Below, piece by piece: positions 9,205-18,589 of a stretch of 64,000 bases of DNA (position 1 is its first letter; every line of letters begins with the position of its first letter). Under the pieces are notes generated by a model. It saw only the letters and a program-made list of their open reading frames with translations. It was not told the origin of the DNA and ran no database searches. The stretch comes from Rhabdothermincola salaria (GTDB lineage Bacteria; Actinomycetota; Acidimicrobiia; Acidimicrobiales; Acidimicrobilacustridaceae). The translations under genes and the position numbers were made by a program. Where the stretch lies: positions 1,382,168 to 1,446,167 of the forward strand of contig NZ_JAJQXW010000001.1 in assembly GCF_021246445.1 (NCBI RefSeq), written 5' to 3'.

Positions 9205-9756
9205 TCAGGTCCGGGTGACGTCGGCCGATCGCTCGAGGGCCGGCAGCACGGCGGCCAGCGCATCGGTGAGCCCGGCGCGCGCGTCGGTGGTGCTGGCCCC
9301 CAGCACCTCGTCGAGGCCGACGGCCAGCTCGTCCAGCAGCTGCGCCGCCGTGGTCCGACCCTGCGTGGTGAGGGTGACCACCACTCCCCGGGCATCGCTG
9401 GTGTCCTCCGCTCGACGCACGAGCTCGCGAGCCACCAGGCGGTTGACGGTCTTGGTCATGCCGCTGGTGGTCTGCACCACGGTGCGGGCCAGCTCGGTGG
9501 GCGACTGGCCGCGCTCGGGCGGCGCCAAGAGCAGCGCCGTGAGCACCGAGAACTCGGAGCGTTCGAGCCCGGTGGGACGCAGGAGCACCTGGAGGTGGCG
9601 CTCGACCAGGCGTCCGAAGCGCATGGCCCGCAAGGCGAGCACGACACGGTCGAGGTCGTCGGGAGCGACGAGGTCGCGCAGCGCCCGCACCAGTCCGGGC
9701 TGGTCGGGGCCATCGGCGGCGGTCATCCCGCCGGTGTGCTCGTCGTCGGCTGCCAC
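9205..9756 (-). CDS. MarR family transcriptional regulator
   Basis: GLERSEFSVL..SPTELA..SGMTKTVNRL..VRRAEDTSDARGVVVTLT winged HTH; start may be 9726. Confidence 0.88.
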   Translation of the reverse strand: MAADDEHTGGMTAADGPDQPGLVRALRDLVAPDDLDRVVLALRAMRFGRLVERHLQVLLRPTGLERSEFSVLTALLLAPPERGQSPTELARTVVQTTSGMTKTVNRLVARELVRRAEDTSDARGVVVTLTTQGRTTAAQLLDELAVGLDEVLGASTTDARAGLTDALAAVLPALERSADVTRT

Positions 9757-9952
9757 CCCGTCATGATCACACGGCCCGCGTGGTGGATCGCCCGACGAGG
9801 GGCCCGACCCCCGATGGGAGCGAGCCGACGTCGAGCAGTCGAGGCCGCATCCCGAGGCGAACCCTTCGTCGACGCCTCGTCCGTCGACGCCCCGACCCGG
9901 GACGACGGCCGATCCGGGACGACGGGTGACCCGGAGGCCGGGCGACCCTCGA

Positions 9953-11299
9953 CTACTTGAGGCGCAACGACGCCGGGCGGGTCGGGGCCCGACGGTCGTC
10001 GTCGCCGACCGCCCGGTCGAGCGTCGGCGCCTCGAGGTACCGCGTATCGATCGAGGTCGGCGCCTCATCGGCGCCCTCGGCACGAGACGGGGTGAGGCCG
10101 TCGGTGGCCGGCGCCACCGACAGAGGCGTGACCGCCTCGAGACCCCGTTCGGTGCGAAGGCGCTCGATGTGGGCCAGGGTCCGCTCGAGCTGGTTGGTGC
10201 GGGTGCCGGCCAGGGCGTCGTAGGTCTTGGCCGCAGTGGCCATCTGGCTGCCCAGCTTGGCGAAGCTCTCGGAGTACTTGGTCCACTCCTTCTCGAACGA
10301 GGCGAGGCAGGCCAGGATCTCGTCGCTGGTGCGCTCGAGGCGGAACTGCTCGACGGCCTGGCGCACCACGGCCAGCACCGCGAACAGGGTCGACGGGGAG
10401 CAGATGACCACCTTCTGGCCGATGGCGTGGTCGACCAGCCCCGGATCGCGCTCGTGGACGAAGGCGAAGATGGCCTCGTTGGGGATGAACAGCACCACGT
10501 GGTCGACGGTGGTCTCGGCGTCGATGTAGGAGCGGGTGGTGATCTCGCGGATGCGGGCCTTGACGTCGGACAGGAACTTGGCCTCGTAGGACTCGCGCTC
10601 GGTGTCGGAGTCGGCTTCGAGGGCCCGCAGGTAGTTGTCGAACGGGAACTTGACGTCCATGTGCAGCTCACGACCACCGGGCAGGGGGAAGGTGAGGTCG
10701 GGGATGGTGCCCCCGGCGATGGCCGTCTGCTTTCGGTAGTTGATGCCCTCGACGAACCCGGCGACGCGCAGCACGTCCTCGGCCATGCGCTCGCCCCACT
10801 GGCCGCGGGCCTTGGTGCTGGCCAGGGCCTGGCGGAGGGCGTCGGTGGTGCCGGTGAGAGCGGTGGTGGACCGCACCGCCTCCGCCAGCCCCTGCTCGAG
10901 GCGACCCTGCTGCTCGGCCCGCTCGCGCCGCAGGTCGCCGACCAGCTCGGCCATCTGGGTGAGCTGGCGGCGGGCCTCGGCGAGCTCGCGCCCGACGACG
11001 TTGCGGTCCTCCTCGAGGGCGGTGGAGATGGCGGCCTGGCGCTGGGCGAGGGCGCGGTCGGCCACCTCGACCCGGCTGCCGAGCTGCTCGCCGGCGACGC
11101 TCACGACCGACTCCACCGCCGCCTGCACGGTGGCCACCTGCTCGGCGCGCAGCGCGGCCACGGTGGCCGCCACCAGCTCCTCGGTGACGGGCTGCTCCGG
11201 CACGGCCGGGGCGGGCGGCGACCGGCGTGCGAGCACGACCACGAGCGCCACGGCGCAACCGACGGCGACCACGAGTGAGGCAACGGCGAGCAAGACCAT
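9953..11299 (-). CDS. rmuC: DNA recombination protein RmuC
   Basis: N-terminal TM and coiled coil, RGQWGE, PD..LP, DVKFP, LFIPNE, SPSTL motifs. Confidence 0.92.
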   Translation of the reverse strand: MVLLAVASLVVAVGCAVALVVVLARRSPPAPAVPEQPVTEELVAATVAALRAEQVATVQAAVESVVSVAGEQLGSRVEVADRALAQRQAAISTALEEDRNVVGRELAEARRQLTQMAELVGDLRRERAEQQGRLEQGLAEAVRSTTALTGTTDALRQALASTKARGQWGERMAEDVLRVAGFVEGINYRKQTAIAGGTIPDLTFPLPGGRELHMDVKFPFDNYLRALEADSDTERESYEAKFLSDVKARIREITTRSYIDAETTVDHVVLFIPNEAIFAFVHERDPGLVDHAIGQKVVICSPSTLFAVLAVVRQAVEQFRLERTSDEILACLASFEKEWTKYSESFAKLGSQMATAAKTYDALAGTRTNQLERTLAHIERLRTERGLEAVTPLSVAPATDGLTPSRAEGADEAPTSIDTRYLEAPTLDRAVGDDDRRAPTRPASLRLK

Positions 11300-11328
11300 G
11301 TGTTCGATTGTGCGCAGGGGGTGTGACA
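11300..11328 (-). promoter_or_regulatory. Candidate DNA-damage promoter (PafBC/RecA-NDp-like plus LexA half-site), leaderless
   Basis: Minus strand reads TGTCAC-N10-CACAAT-CGAACAC-ATG. Confidence 0.45.
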
Positions 11329-11390
11329 GTGGTCGCGGACCCTCGGCGCCGATCGGGACCGACCGGGTCGTCGGCCCACCGGTGGGTGGC

Positions 11391-12218
11391 TCAGGCCTCG
11401 AGCGCCAGCGCGTAGACGTGGCGCTTGGACAGCCCCAAGGTGCCGGCCACCTCCGCGGCCGCGTCGCGGGTGGACAGGCCCCGCTGGCGGGCGTGGGCCA
11501 CCGCCTCACGGACCTGGTCGTCGGACGGGGGCCCCGGGTCCGGCGCACCGTCGAGCACGACCACGTACTCTCCGCGAGGCTCGGTGTCGGTGCAGTGCTC
11601 GACCGCGGCGGCGAGGGGCCCCCGCCACACCTCCTCGTGGAGCTTGGTGAGTTCGCGGGCCAGCACCACCCGACGGGTGGGCCCACAGACCTCCACCAGG
11701 TCGACGAGCGTGCGCGAGAGGCGGTGCGGAGCTTCGTAGAGCACCACCGTGCGGGGCTCCGCAGCCACGGCCGCCAGGCGTTCCCGGCGCCCCGAGCCCT
11801 TGCGGGGCAGGAAGCCCTCGAACACGAACCGGCCGGCGGGCAGCCCGCTGGCGACCAGGCCGGCGATGGCCGCCGACGGTCCGGGCACCACCTCGACGCG
11901 GTGCCCGGCGGCCGAGGCGGCGGCGACCAGCCGTTCGCCCGGGTCGGAGATGCCGGGCATCCCGGCGTCGCTCACCAGCGCCACCCGCTGGCCCCGGTCC
12001 AGCCGGCTCAGGACCTCGCCCACGGCCCGAGGCTCGGTGTGGTCGTTGACCACGAGCAACGACGGGGCCCGGACACCGACGTGGGCCAGCAGGCGCCCCG
12101 TGCGACGGGTGTCCTCACAGGCCACCACGTCGGCCCGGCCCAGCTCCTCGATGGCCCGGGGGGTGAGGTCCCCGAGGTTGCCGATGGGCGTGCCGACGAG
12201 CACGAGGGCGCCGGTCAT
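11391..12218 (-). CDS. rsmI: 16S rRNA C1402 2'-O-methyltransferase
   Basis: LVGTPIGNLGD, CEDTR, SDAGMPGISDPG, YEAPHR, RELTKLHEE. Confidence 0.96.
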   Translation of the reverse strand: MTGALVLVGTPIGNLGDLTPRAIEELGRADVVACEDTRRTGRLLAHVGVRAPSLLVVNDHTEPRAVGEVLSRLDRGQRVALVSDAGMPGISDPGERLVAAASAAGHRVEVVPGPSAAIAGLVASGLPAGRFVFEGFLPRKGSGRRERLAAVAAEPRTVVLYEAPHRLSRTLVDLVEVCGPTRRVVLARELTKLHEEVWRGPLAAAVEHCTDTEPRGEYVVVLDGAPDPGPPSDDQVREAVAHARQRGLSTRDAAAEVAGTLGLSKRHVYALALEA

Positions 12219-12568
12219 CGGATCTCGAAGCGGTCGCCCACCTCGATGCCCCACGAGGCCAGGCAGCCGGCTTCGCACTCGAGGATGCTGCGAGCCTTCC
12301 AGACCACGCGGCCCAGGCGGTTCGGGACCATGGTCGTGATGCGCAGGACGGTGAGGTCGGCGTCGAGGTGGGCCACGTCGATCGGGAAGCGCATCCGGAA
12401 GGTGTGCACCGATCGGGCCGGGCGCAACAGCAGGGCTCCCTCGATGCCGTCGCGCCCGAGCAGGCCCTGGCTGCGGTCCCGCCACGACTCGGCGATCTCG
12501 AGGCTGGCCAGCACGCGGTCGCCCGACACGAGCCAGCCACCATCGGTCGCCGCAGGCGAGTCGGTCAT
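12215..12568 (-). CDS. DUF192 domain protein
   Basis: R.QGLLGR, SVHTFRMRFPIDV, ILECEAG; overlaps rsmI start (ATGA). Confidence 0.88.
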   Translation of the reverse strand: MTDSPAATDGGWLVSGDRVLASLEIAESWRDRSQGLLGRDGIEGALLLRPARSVHTFRMRFPIDVAHLDADLTVLRITTMVPNRLGRVVWKARSILECEAGCLASWGIEVGDRFEIR

Positions 12569-12584
12569 GACCAGAGCGTACGGG

Positions 12585-13661
12585 TCAGACGTTGAACCTG
12601 ATCTCCATCACGTCGCCGTCGGCGACCACGTAGTCCTTGCCCTCCACCCGGAGCTTGCCCACGTCTCGGGCCTTGGACCACGAACCCACCTCCAGCAGCT
12701 CGTCCCAGTGGATGACCTCGGCCCGGATGAAGCCCCGCTCGAAGTCGGTGTGGATGACCCCCGCGCACTGCGGCGCCTTGTACCCGGCCCGGAAGGTCCA
12801 GGCCCGGCTCTCCTTCTCGCCCGTGGTGAAGAAGGTGCGCAGTCCCAGCATCTGGTAGGCGGTGTGCAGGAAGCGTGGCAGCGCCCCCTCGCCCAGGCCG
12901 AGGCCCTCGAGCATCTCGGCCCGTTCGGCGACGTCGAGCTGGGCCGCCTCGGCCTCGAGCTGCACGCACATGCCGATGACCTCGCCGTGGCCGCCGAACT
13001 CGGCCAGCACCGGCGCCACCTTGTCGTCGACCCGTTCCAGGTCGTCCTCCCCGACGTTGACGATGGCCAGCACCGGCTTGTTGGTGAGCAGGAAGTAGTT
13101 GCGCAGCAGCTGACGGGACTCGTCGCCGAGCTCGCTGCGGTAGATGGGCGTGCCCTCCGACAGCACCGTCAGGGCTTCACCCAGGGCCGCCACCTCGTCG
13201 GCGACGGCCCGGTCCTGCTTGGCCGCCTTGCGGCGCTTGTCGATCTGGGTCTCCACCGTCTCGAGGTCGGCGAGAGCGATCTCGGTCTCCACGATGCGCA
13301 GGTGCTCGAGCGGATCGGAGGGGCCGGGCACGTCGTCGTCCTCGAACCCCCGCAGCACGAACACGATGGCGTCGGCCTCGCGGATGTTGGCGAGGAACTT
13401 GTTGCCGAGCCCCTCGCCGGCGCTGGCCCCCTCGACCAGTCCGCCGATGTCGACGAACTGCACGCTGGCGGGCACCACGTTCTTGGACTTGCTCATGGCC
13501 GCCAGCTCGTCGAGCCGCGTGTCGGGCACCTTGGCCACCCCCACGTTGGGGTCCTTGGTGGCGAAGGCGTACGGCGCCGCCAGGGCGCTGCCCCCGGAGA
13601 GGGCGTTGTACAGCGATGACTTGCCGGCGTTGGGGAGTCCGACGAACCCGAAGCGTTCCAC
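12585..13661 (-). CDS. ychF: Redox-regulated ATPase YchF
   Basis: GLPNAGKS, DIGGLVEGAS.GEGLGNKFL, HTDFERGFIRAE, EGKDYVVADGD. Confidence 0.97.
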   Translation of the reverse strand: MERFGFVGLPNAGKSSLYNALSGGSALAAPYAFATKDPNVGVAKVPDTRLDELAAMSKSKNVVPASVQFVDIGGLVEGASAGEGLGNKFLANIREADAIVFVLRGFEDDDVPGPSDPLEHLRIVETEIALADLETVETQIDKRRKAAKQDRAVADEVAALGEALTVLSEGTPIYRSELGDESRQLLRNYFLLTNKPVLAIVNVGEDDLERVDDKVAPVLAEFGGHGEVIGMCVQLEAEAAQLDVAERAEMLEGLGLGEGALPRFLHTAYQMLGLRTFFTTGEKESRAWTFRAGYKAPQCAGVIHTDFERGFIRAEVIHWDELLEVGSWSKARDVGKLRVEGKDYVVADGDVMEIRFNV

Positions 13662-13786
13662 GACGGCGCAGGCTACCGGTGGTCCCCACCCCCTCCGGCC
13701 GCTCCGTCGAGCCGTGACGCGGCCGACCCGGGTACACAGGAGGGGTGGATCCTGCGCTTCTCGGCATCGCTCCCTTGACCGCCCCC

Positions 13787-14836
13787 ATGGCCCCGGCGGA
13801 CGCCCTGGCCCGCATCGGCCACCTCCTCGACCGGCAGCTGGCCCCGTCGAGCAAGGTGCGGGCCTACCGCCGGGCGGCCGAGATCGTGCTCGACCTCGGC
13901 GACGACGAGATCGCGGATCGGGCCCGCCGAGGCACGCTCCAGGAGCTCTCGGGCATCGGGCCGTCGACCGCCTCCGTCATCGCCGCCACGGTGGCGGGTG
14001 AGGTGCCGGCCCGCCTCGCCGAGCTGGAGACGGGCCCCGGGGTCGAGACCACCGAGGCCGGGGCGGCGTACCGCCGGGCCCTGCGCGGCGACTGCCACAG
14101 CCACTCGACGTGGAGCGACGGCGGTGCCTCGATCGAGGCCATGGCCCGCGCCGCTGCGGCCCAGGGCCACGAGTACCTCGTCGTGACCGACCACTCCCCC
14201 CGCCTCACCGTGGCCCACGGCCTCGATCGCCAGCGCCTCCTCGCCCAGATCGACGAGATCGAGGTGCTCAACGCCGAGCTGGCCCCGTTCCGGATCCTCA
14301 CCGGCATCGAGGTCGACATCCTCGAGGACGGCGCGCTCGACCAGGACGACGACCTCCTCGCTCGCCTCGACCTGGTGGTGGCCAGCGTGCACTCCAAGCT
14401 GAGGATGGACCGCGAGGCCATGACCCGTCGCATGGTGCTGGCCGTGGCCAGCCCCCACGTGGACGTGCTCGGCCACTGCACGGGCCGCATGGTGCGATCG
14501 CGTACGGGGGCCGCCGGCCTGGAGGTGGCCGACAAGCGACCTCCGTCGGTGTTCGACGCCGACATGGTGTTCGCCGCCTGCGCCCGCTTCGACACCGCCG
14601 TCGAGATCAACTGCCGACCCGAGCGCCAGGACCCGCCCGACGAGTTGCTGGAGCTGGCCCTCGGGTGGGGCTGCAAGATCGCCATCGACACCGACGCCCA
14701 CGCCACCGGCCAGCTCGAGTGGCAGGGCTACGGGTGCGACAAGGCGGCCCGCCACCGGGTCGGCCTCGACGACATCGTGAACACCTGGAGCGCCGACGAC
14801 CTCGTCGAATGGGCCGCGAGCCACCCGGACCAGTAG
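13787..14836 (+). CDS. PHP domain protein with PolX-like N-terminal HhH region (no polymerase core)
   Basis: AYRRAA..LSGIGPST, DCHSHSTWSDG, TDHS, GIEVDIL, DTDAH. Confidence 0.88.
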   Translation: MAPADALARIGHLLDRQLAPSSKVRAYRRAAEIVLDLGDDEIADRARRGTLQELSGIGPSTASVIAATVAGEVPARLAELETGPGVETTEAGAAYRRALRGDCHSHSTWSDGGASIEAMARAAAAQGHEYLVVTDHSPRLTVAHGLDRQRLLAQIDEIEVLNAELAPFRILTGIEVDILEDGALDQDDDLLARLDLVVASVHSKLRMDREAMTRRMVLAVASPHVDVLGHCTGRMVRSRTGAAGLEVADKRPPSVFDADMVFAACARFDTAVEINCRPERQDPPDELLELALGWGCKIAIDTDAHATGQLEWQGYGCDKAARHRVGLDDIVNTWSADDLVEWAASHPDQ

Positions 14837-14848
14837 CCTCGCACCCCT

Positions 14849-14932
14849 ATGTCGAAGAAGACCGATAAGCGCAAGAACAACGCCCGCAAGAAGCCCGCCA
14901 ACCACGGCACCAAGCCCAACGCCGGGCGCTGA
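14849..14932 (+). CDS. 50S ribosomal protein bL37, 27 aa
   Basis: [27 protein letters not shown] carries the ANHG.KPNA signature; TAGCCT -10 box 9 nt upstream; missed by ORF track. Confidence 0.85.
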   Translation: MSKKTDKRKNNARKKPANHGTKPNAGR

Positions 14933-14946
14933 ACGCGCGCCGGTCC

Positions 14947-15300
14947 GTGCCCAGCCAGCCGTCCAAGGAGCTCGTCACCGTCCCGAACCCGGAGACGGGA
15001 CGGGACTACGAGATCGTCTGCGAGACCGACGAGCTCACCTGCCTGTGCCCGGTCACCGGCCAGCCCGACTTCGCCACGGTGCGCATCACCTACGTGCCCG
15101 ATGAGCTCCTGGTCGAGCTGAAGAGCCTGAAGATGTACCTGTGGAGCTACCGCGACGAGGGCGCGTTCCACGAAGCGGTGACCAACCGCATCCTCGACGA
15201 CCTGGTGCGAGCAACCCTCCCCCGTCGGATGACGGTCGAGACCATCTGGAAGGTCCGTGGGGGCATCGCCACCACGGTCACCGCCTCGCACCCGAGCTGA
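14947..15300 (+). CDS. queF: preQ1 synthase (7-cyano-7-deazaguanine reductase), unimodular
   Basis: [36 protein letters not shown]. Confidence 0.96.
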   Translation: MPSQPSKELVTVPNPETGRDYEIVCETDELTCLCPVTGQPDFATVRITYVPDELLVELKSLKMYLWSYRDEGAFHEAVTNRILDDLVRATLPRRMTVETIWKVRGGIATTVTASHPS

Positions 15301-15359
15301 CGCCACCGCGGTCCGGGCTCGCCCTGCCGGGGCTGCTCGTCGGGGGTGCTCGGGCCCCG

Positions 15360-16595
15360 CTACGCCGGAGCCGGAGGCGGGAGCTCGTCGCGGGGGCTGA
15401 CCTCGGGGGGAGCGGCCTCCGACGGCGGAGGCTCCACGTTGCCGGCCGAGAGGTCCACCGTCTCGGTGATGAGGTCGATGACCCCCCACGCCAGGCGGCT
15501 GCCGCCGGCGGCGGAGAGGTGGACCTTGTCGCTCTGGCGCAGCTCGCGGGACTGCCCGTCGGCGTAGATCGCGGTGTCGACGTAGGCCATGTTGGCGTCG
15601 GCGAGGAAGGGATAGGTGTCGAAGTAGGACACCCACGGTCGGCTCTGCGACTCCTCCCAGTAGATCTGGTTGAGGAGGTCCATCCCCTTGACGCCGGAGC
15701 CCGGGCCCATGATCGGGGCGCCCACCCACACCACCAGGCGCTGGTTGTCGGGTGACTGGAGCAGGTCCATGGTGGCGGCGACACGACGTCGGTACTCGGT
15801 GAGCCACTCCTCGGAGAGGCGCTCCACCGGGCGCCCGTCGATCGTGAAGTTCTGGCTGTCGTTGGCCCCGAACTGCAACACGACCAGCTGCGGGTTGGTC
15901 GGCACCACGTCGCGCACCAGGTGCTCGGGCCAGTTGAAGAAGTCCGGACGGGACAGCCCGGTGGCGGCCCGGTAGTCGAGCGTGGGGGCGATGACACCGG
16001 TGGCGGTGGCGACGCGCTGCATGGCCTGGCCGAAGTCGCGGGCGATGGAGTCGCCCCCGATGTACATGCTGAGCGGCGCCGCCGGCGTGGCCGCAGGCAG
16101 GTCGGGTTCGAGCGCGGCGAGACGGTCGGCCTCGGCCTGGGCCGCGGCGGCCTCGGCCTCGGCCGCCTCCGCAGCGGCCTCGGCCTCGGGATCGGCGGCC
16201 TCGGGGTCGGCCGCCTGCTCGGCTTGCTGTTCGGCCAACAGGTCGGCGACGTCGATGTCGGTCGTGGTGTTCTTGCCCAGTGCCTCGTCGGCGCGGTTGC
16301 GCAGCGAGGTGAGGCGGAGGGTGCCGCTCACGTCGGCGACGACCTGGGCGACCTCGTTGCGCCAGCCCTCACCCGCGGCGTTGCTCTTTCGCAAGGTGGC
16401 GTCGGCGTTCAGCACCGCGGCCACGAGGAGGGCGACGAGCACCACCACCAACACGATCCCGGCCGGAGCGGTGCCCTCCTCCTGGGACCGCAACGGGTGC
16501 AGGAGCATGCGCCAGCTGAAGCGAGGACCGCGGGCGTGGCGGCCGCGGCCCCCGGTGCCCACCGGGCGGTCGTCTCGAGGGGGCTGGCGGGACAT
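15360..16595 (-). CDS. Membrane-anchored SGNH hydrolase/O-acetyltransferase (DUF459-like)
   Basis: TM helix; GDS, TGLSRPDFFNW, GAND, DKVH blocks. Confidence 0.85.
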   Translation of the reverse strand: MSRQPPRDDRPVGTGGRGRHARGPRFSWRMLLHPLRSQEEGTAPAGIVLVVVLVALLVAAVLNADATLRKSNAAGEGWRNEVAQVVADVSGTLRLTSLRNRADEALGKNTTTDIDVADLLAEQQAEQAADPEAADPEAEAAAEAAEAEAAAAQAEADRLAALEPDLPAATPAAPLSMYIGGDSIARDFGQAMQRVATATGVIAPTLDYRAATGLSRPDFFNWPEHLVRDVVPTNPQLVVLQFGANDSQNFTIDGRPVERLSEEWLTEYRRRVAATMDLLQSPDNQRLVVWVGAPIMGPGSGVKGMDLLNQIYWEESQSRPWVSYFDTYPFLADANMAYVDTAIYADGQSRELRQSDKVHLSAAGGSRLAWGVIDLITETVDLSAGNVEPPPSEAAPPEVSPRDELPPPAPA

Positions 16596-16668
16596 CGGCC
16601 CGAGGGTACCGCCGCCCCCACCCGTTCCCGGGACACCCCCGAGGTCGTCGCGGGGTAGGAGCGAACCC

Positions 16669-16884
16669 ATGGCCAACAACAACACCTACAAGATGTCCAA
16701 GCTCGTCGGGGAGTCCCCCGACTCCATCGAGGAGGCCGTGCGCACGGCGCTCGCCACCTCGGGCGAGAAGGTCCACGGTCAGAGCTGGGCCCAGATCAGC
16801 GAGCTCCGGGCCTCCCTCGGCCCGGACTCGACGGTCGAGGCGTGGCAGGTCGTGGTCGAGGTCGCCTTCAAGGTCGACAGCTGA
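16669..16884 (+). CDS. Dodecin (flavin-binding)
   Basis: TYKMSKLVGESPDSIEEAV..W..WQVVVEVAFKV; AGGAG RBS. Confidence 0.9.
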   Translation: MANNNTYKMSKLVGESPDSIEEAVRTALATSGEKVHGQSWAQISELRASLGPDSTVEAWQVVVEVAFKVDS

Positions 16885-16995
16885 CCCGACGCCGCCGGTC
16901 GGCGGCCCGGAGCGACACGGTGGCCCGGCTCTCGGCCGGGTCACCGTCGCGTCCCGACGTCGAAGCCGCCGACCACCCGGTGGCGGTGGCCTCGC

Positions 16996-18435
16996 TCAGA
17001 ACTGGAAGTAGATGAACGGGGCCACGCCCTCGGGGCCGAGGGCGTCGATGACCACCAGGCCCACGGCCAGGATGGCCGCCTGAGCCAGGGGCGCCAGCTT
17101 CGAGAAGACCTGCTCGCCCCGTTCGGCCACCCGGGGTGGCACGAACTGCGAGGCCAACGACAAGACCACGGTCACCAGCACGAGGGTGGACACGACCGAC
17201 GGCGCCCCGCCCCCGGCGAAGAGCCGGCCGAGCATGGTCCAGGCGTCACCCACCGACGGGGCCCGGAAGAAGACCCAGGCCAGGCACACCACGTTGAAGG
17301 TCAGGAACCACTGCAGGCCCTTCACCAGCGGCGCCGGCAGACCCAGCGACCCTCGGGCCGCCCAGCGCGTCTTCACGACCCGCTCGGCCACCAGGTAGCC
17401 ACCGTGGATGGCGCCCCACACGACGAAGGTCCAGTTGGCCCCGTGCCACAGGCCACCGATGAGCATGACCAGGAACAGGTTTCGATACGTGAAGAGCGTG
17501 GTGCCCCGGTTCCCACCGAGGGGGATGTAGAGGTAGTCGCGCAACCAGCGCGACAGCGTCATGTGCCAGCGACGCCAGAAGTCCTGCAGCGACGTGGCGA
17601 TGTACGGGGCGTTGAAGTTCTGGGGGAACCGGAAGCCCAGCAGCAGGGCCACGCCGATGGCGATGTCGGTGTAGCCGGAGAAGTCGGCGTAGATCTGGAT
17701 GGCGTAGGCGTAGATCGCCCACAGCACCTCCCACCGCCCGTAGGCCTCCGGCACGGCGAACACCGGATCCACGATCTGGGCGGCGAGGAAGCTCGAGATC
17801 ACGACCTTCTTGAACAGGCCGCGGAAGATGAGCATGAACGCCTCGGAGTAGCGCACGAAGCGCGGGTCGGCGGGGCGTTCGAGCTGCGGTGCGAACTCGC
17901 TCGCCCGCACGATGGGGCCAGCGACCACCTGGGGGAAGAAGCTCAGGAAGACGGCGAAGTCGAGCAGCGTCATCGGTCGCCGCCACTCCCCCCGGCCGAT
18001 GTCGAGCACGTAGCTCATGGCTTGGAAGGTGAAGAAGGAGATGCCGACCGGCAAGAGGATCTCGAGCACGGGCGGGTCAACATCGAGACCGAGCGACTCG
18101 AGGCGGTCCGACACCGAGGAGACGAAGAAGTCGAGGTACTTGTAGTAGCCGAGCGCCGCCAGGTTGACCACGACCGAGGCGCGCACCAGCCACTTGCTCG
18201 CCGTCGTGCGCTGCCCGTCCGGTCCGAGCGCTCGGTACACCGCCTCGCCGAACAGCCAGTTGACCCCGATGCTGCCGAGCAGCAAGAAGAGGTAGCCGAA
18301 CTCCCAGTAGGCGTAGAAGTAGCAGCTGGCCGCCAACATGAACCAACGCCAGACCGTGTGCCGAGGCCGCAGCAGCCAGCTGGCCGTGAACACCACCACG
18401 AAGAACACGGCGAAGTCGATGGTGGGGAACAGCAT
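16996..18435 (-). CDS. MBOAT family O-acyltransferase (AlgI/PatA/DltB-like)
   Basis: LPVGISFFTFQ, AGPIVR, DFSGYTD, FWRRWHMTLS, GLWHGA, terminal FIYFQF. Confidence 0.95.
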   Translation of the reverse strand: MLFPTIDFAVFFVVVFTASWLLRPRHTVWRWFMLAASCYFYAYWEFGYLFLLLGSIGVNWLFGEAVYRALGPDGQRTTASKWLVRASVVVNLAALGYYKYLDFFVSSVSDRLESLGLDVDPPVLEILLPVGISFFTFQAMSYVLDIGRGEWRRPMTLLDFAVFLSFFPQVVAGPIVRASEFAPQLERPADPRFVRYSEAFMLIFRGLFKKVVISSFLAAQIVDPVFAVPEAYGRWEVLWAIYAYAIQIYADFSGYTDIAIGVALLLGFRFPQNFNAPYIATSLQDFWRRWHMTLSRWLRDYLYIPLGGNRGTTLFTYRNLFLVMLIGGLWHGANWTFVVWGAIHGGYLVAERVVKTRWAARGSLGLPAPLVKGLQWFLTFNVVCLAWVFFRAPSVGDAWTMLGRLFAGGGAPSVVSTLVLVTVVLSLASQFVPPRVAERGEQVFSKLAPLAQAAILAVGLVVIDALGPEGVAPFIYFQF

Positions 18436-18589
18436 GCGTGGCGGGCTCTCGCAGTGACGACTGGCCGTCCCACCTCGGGCCGGCGGCGGGGGCGACGCTA
18501 CCGCAGCACTTTTCCTCCCCCGGGGACCCGGACGGGGCCGGCCGGTGATCGCCCGAAGAGCTCCCCGGCGGCTCGCTAGGGTCGCCGCC

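Noticed and set aside
9757..9952. Short direct repeats (CGTCGACGCC x2, CCGGGACGACGG x2) upstream of marR
   Set aside because: Short GC-rich words plausible by chance at this composition; no consistent structure
10740..13619. 959-aa plus-strand ORF, and similar long ORFs at 314-2521, 25210-27768, 33629-35890 and 37731-41177
   Set aside because: Antisense shadows of well-supported genes, expected in high-GC DNA; no recognisable motifs
13787..14836. Full DNA polymerase X
   Set aside because: Too short; goes from the HhH region straight into PHP with no palm domain, a known actinobacterial architecture
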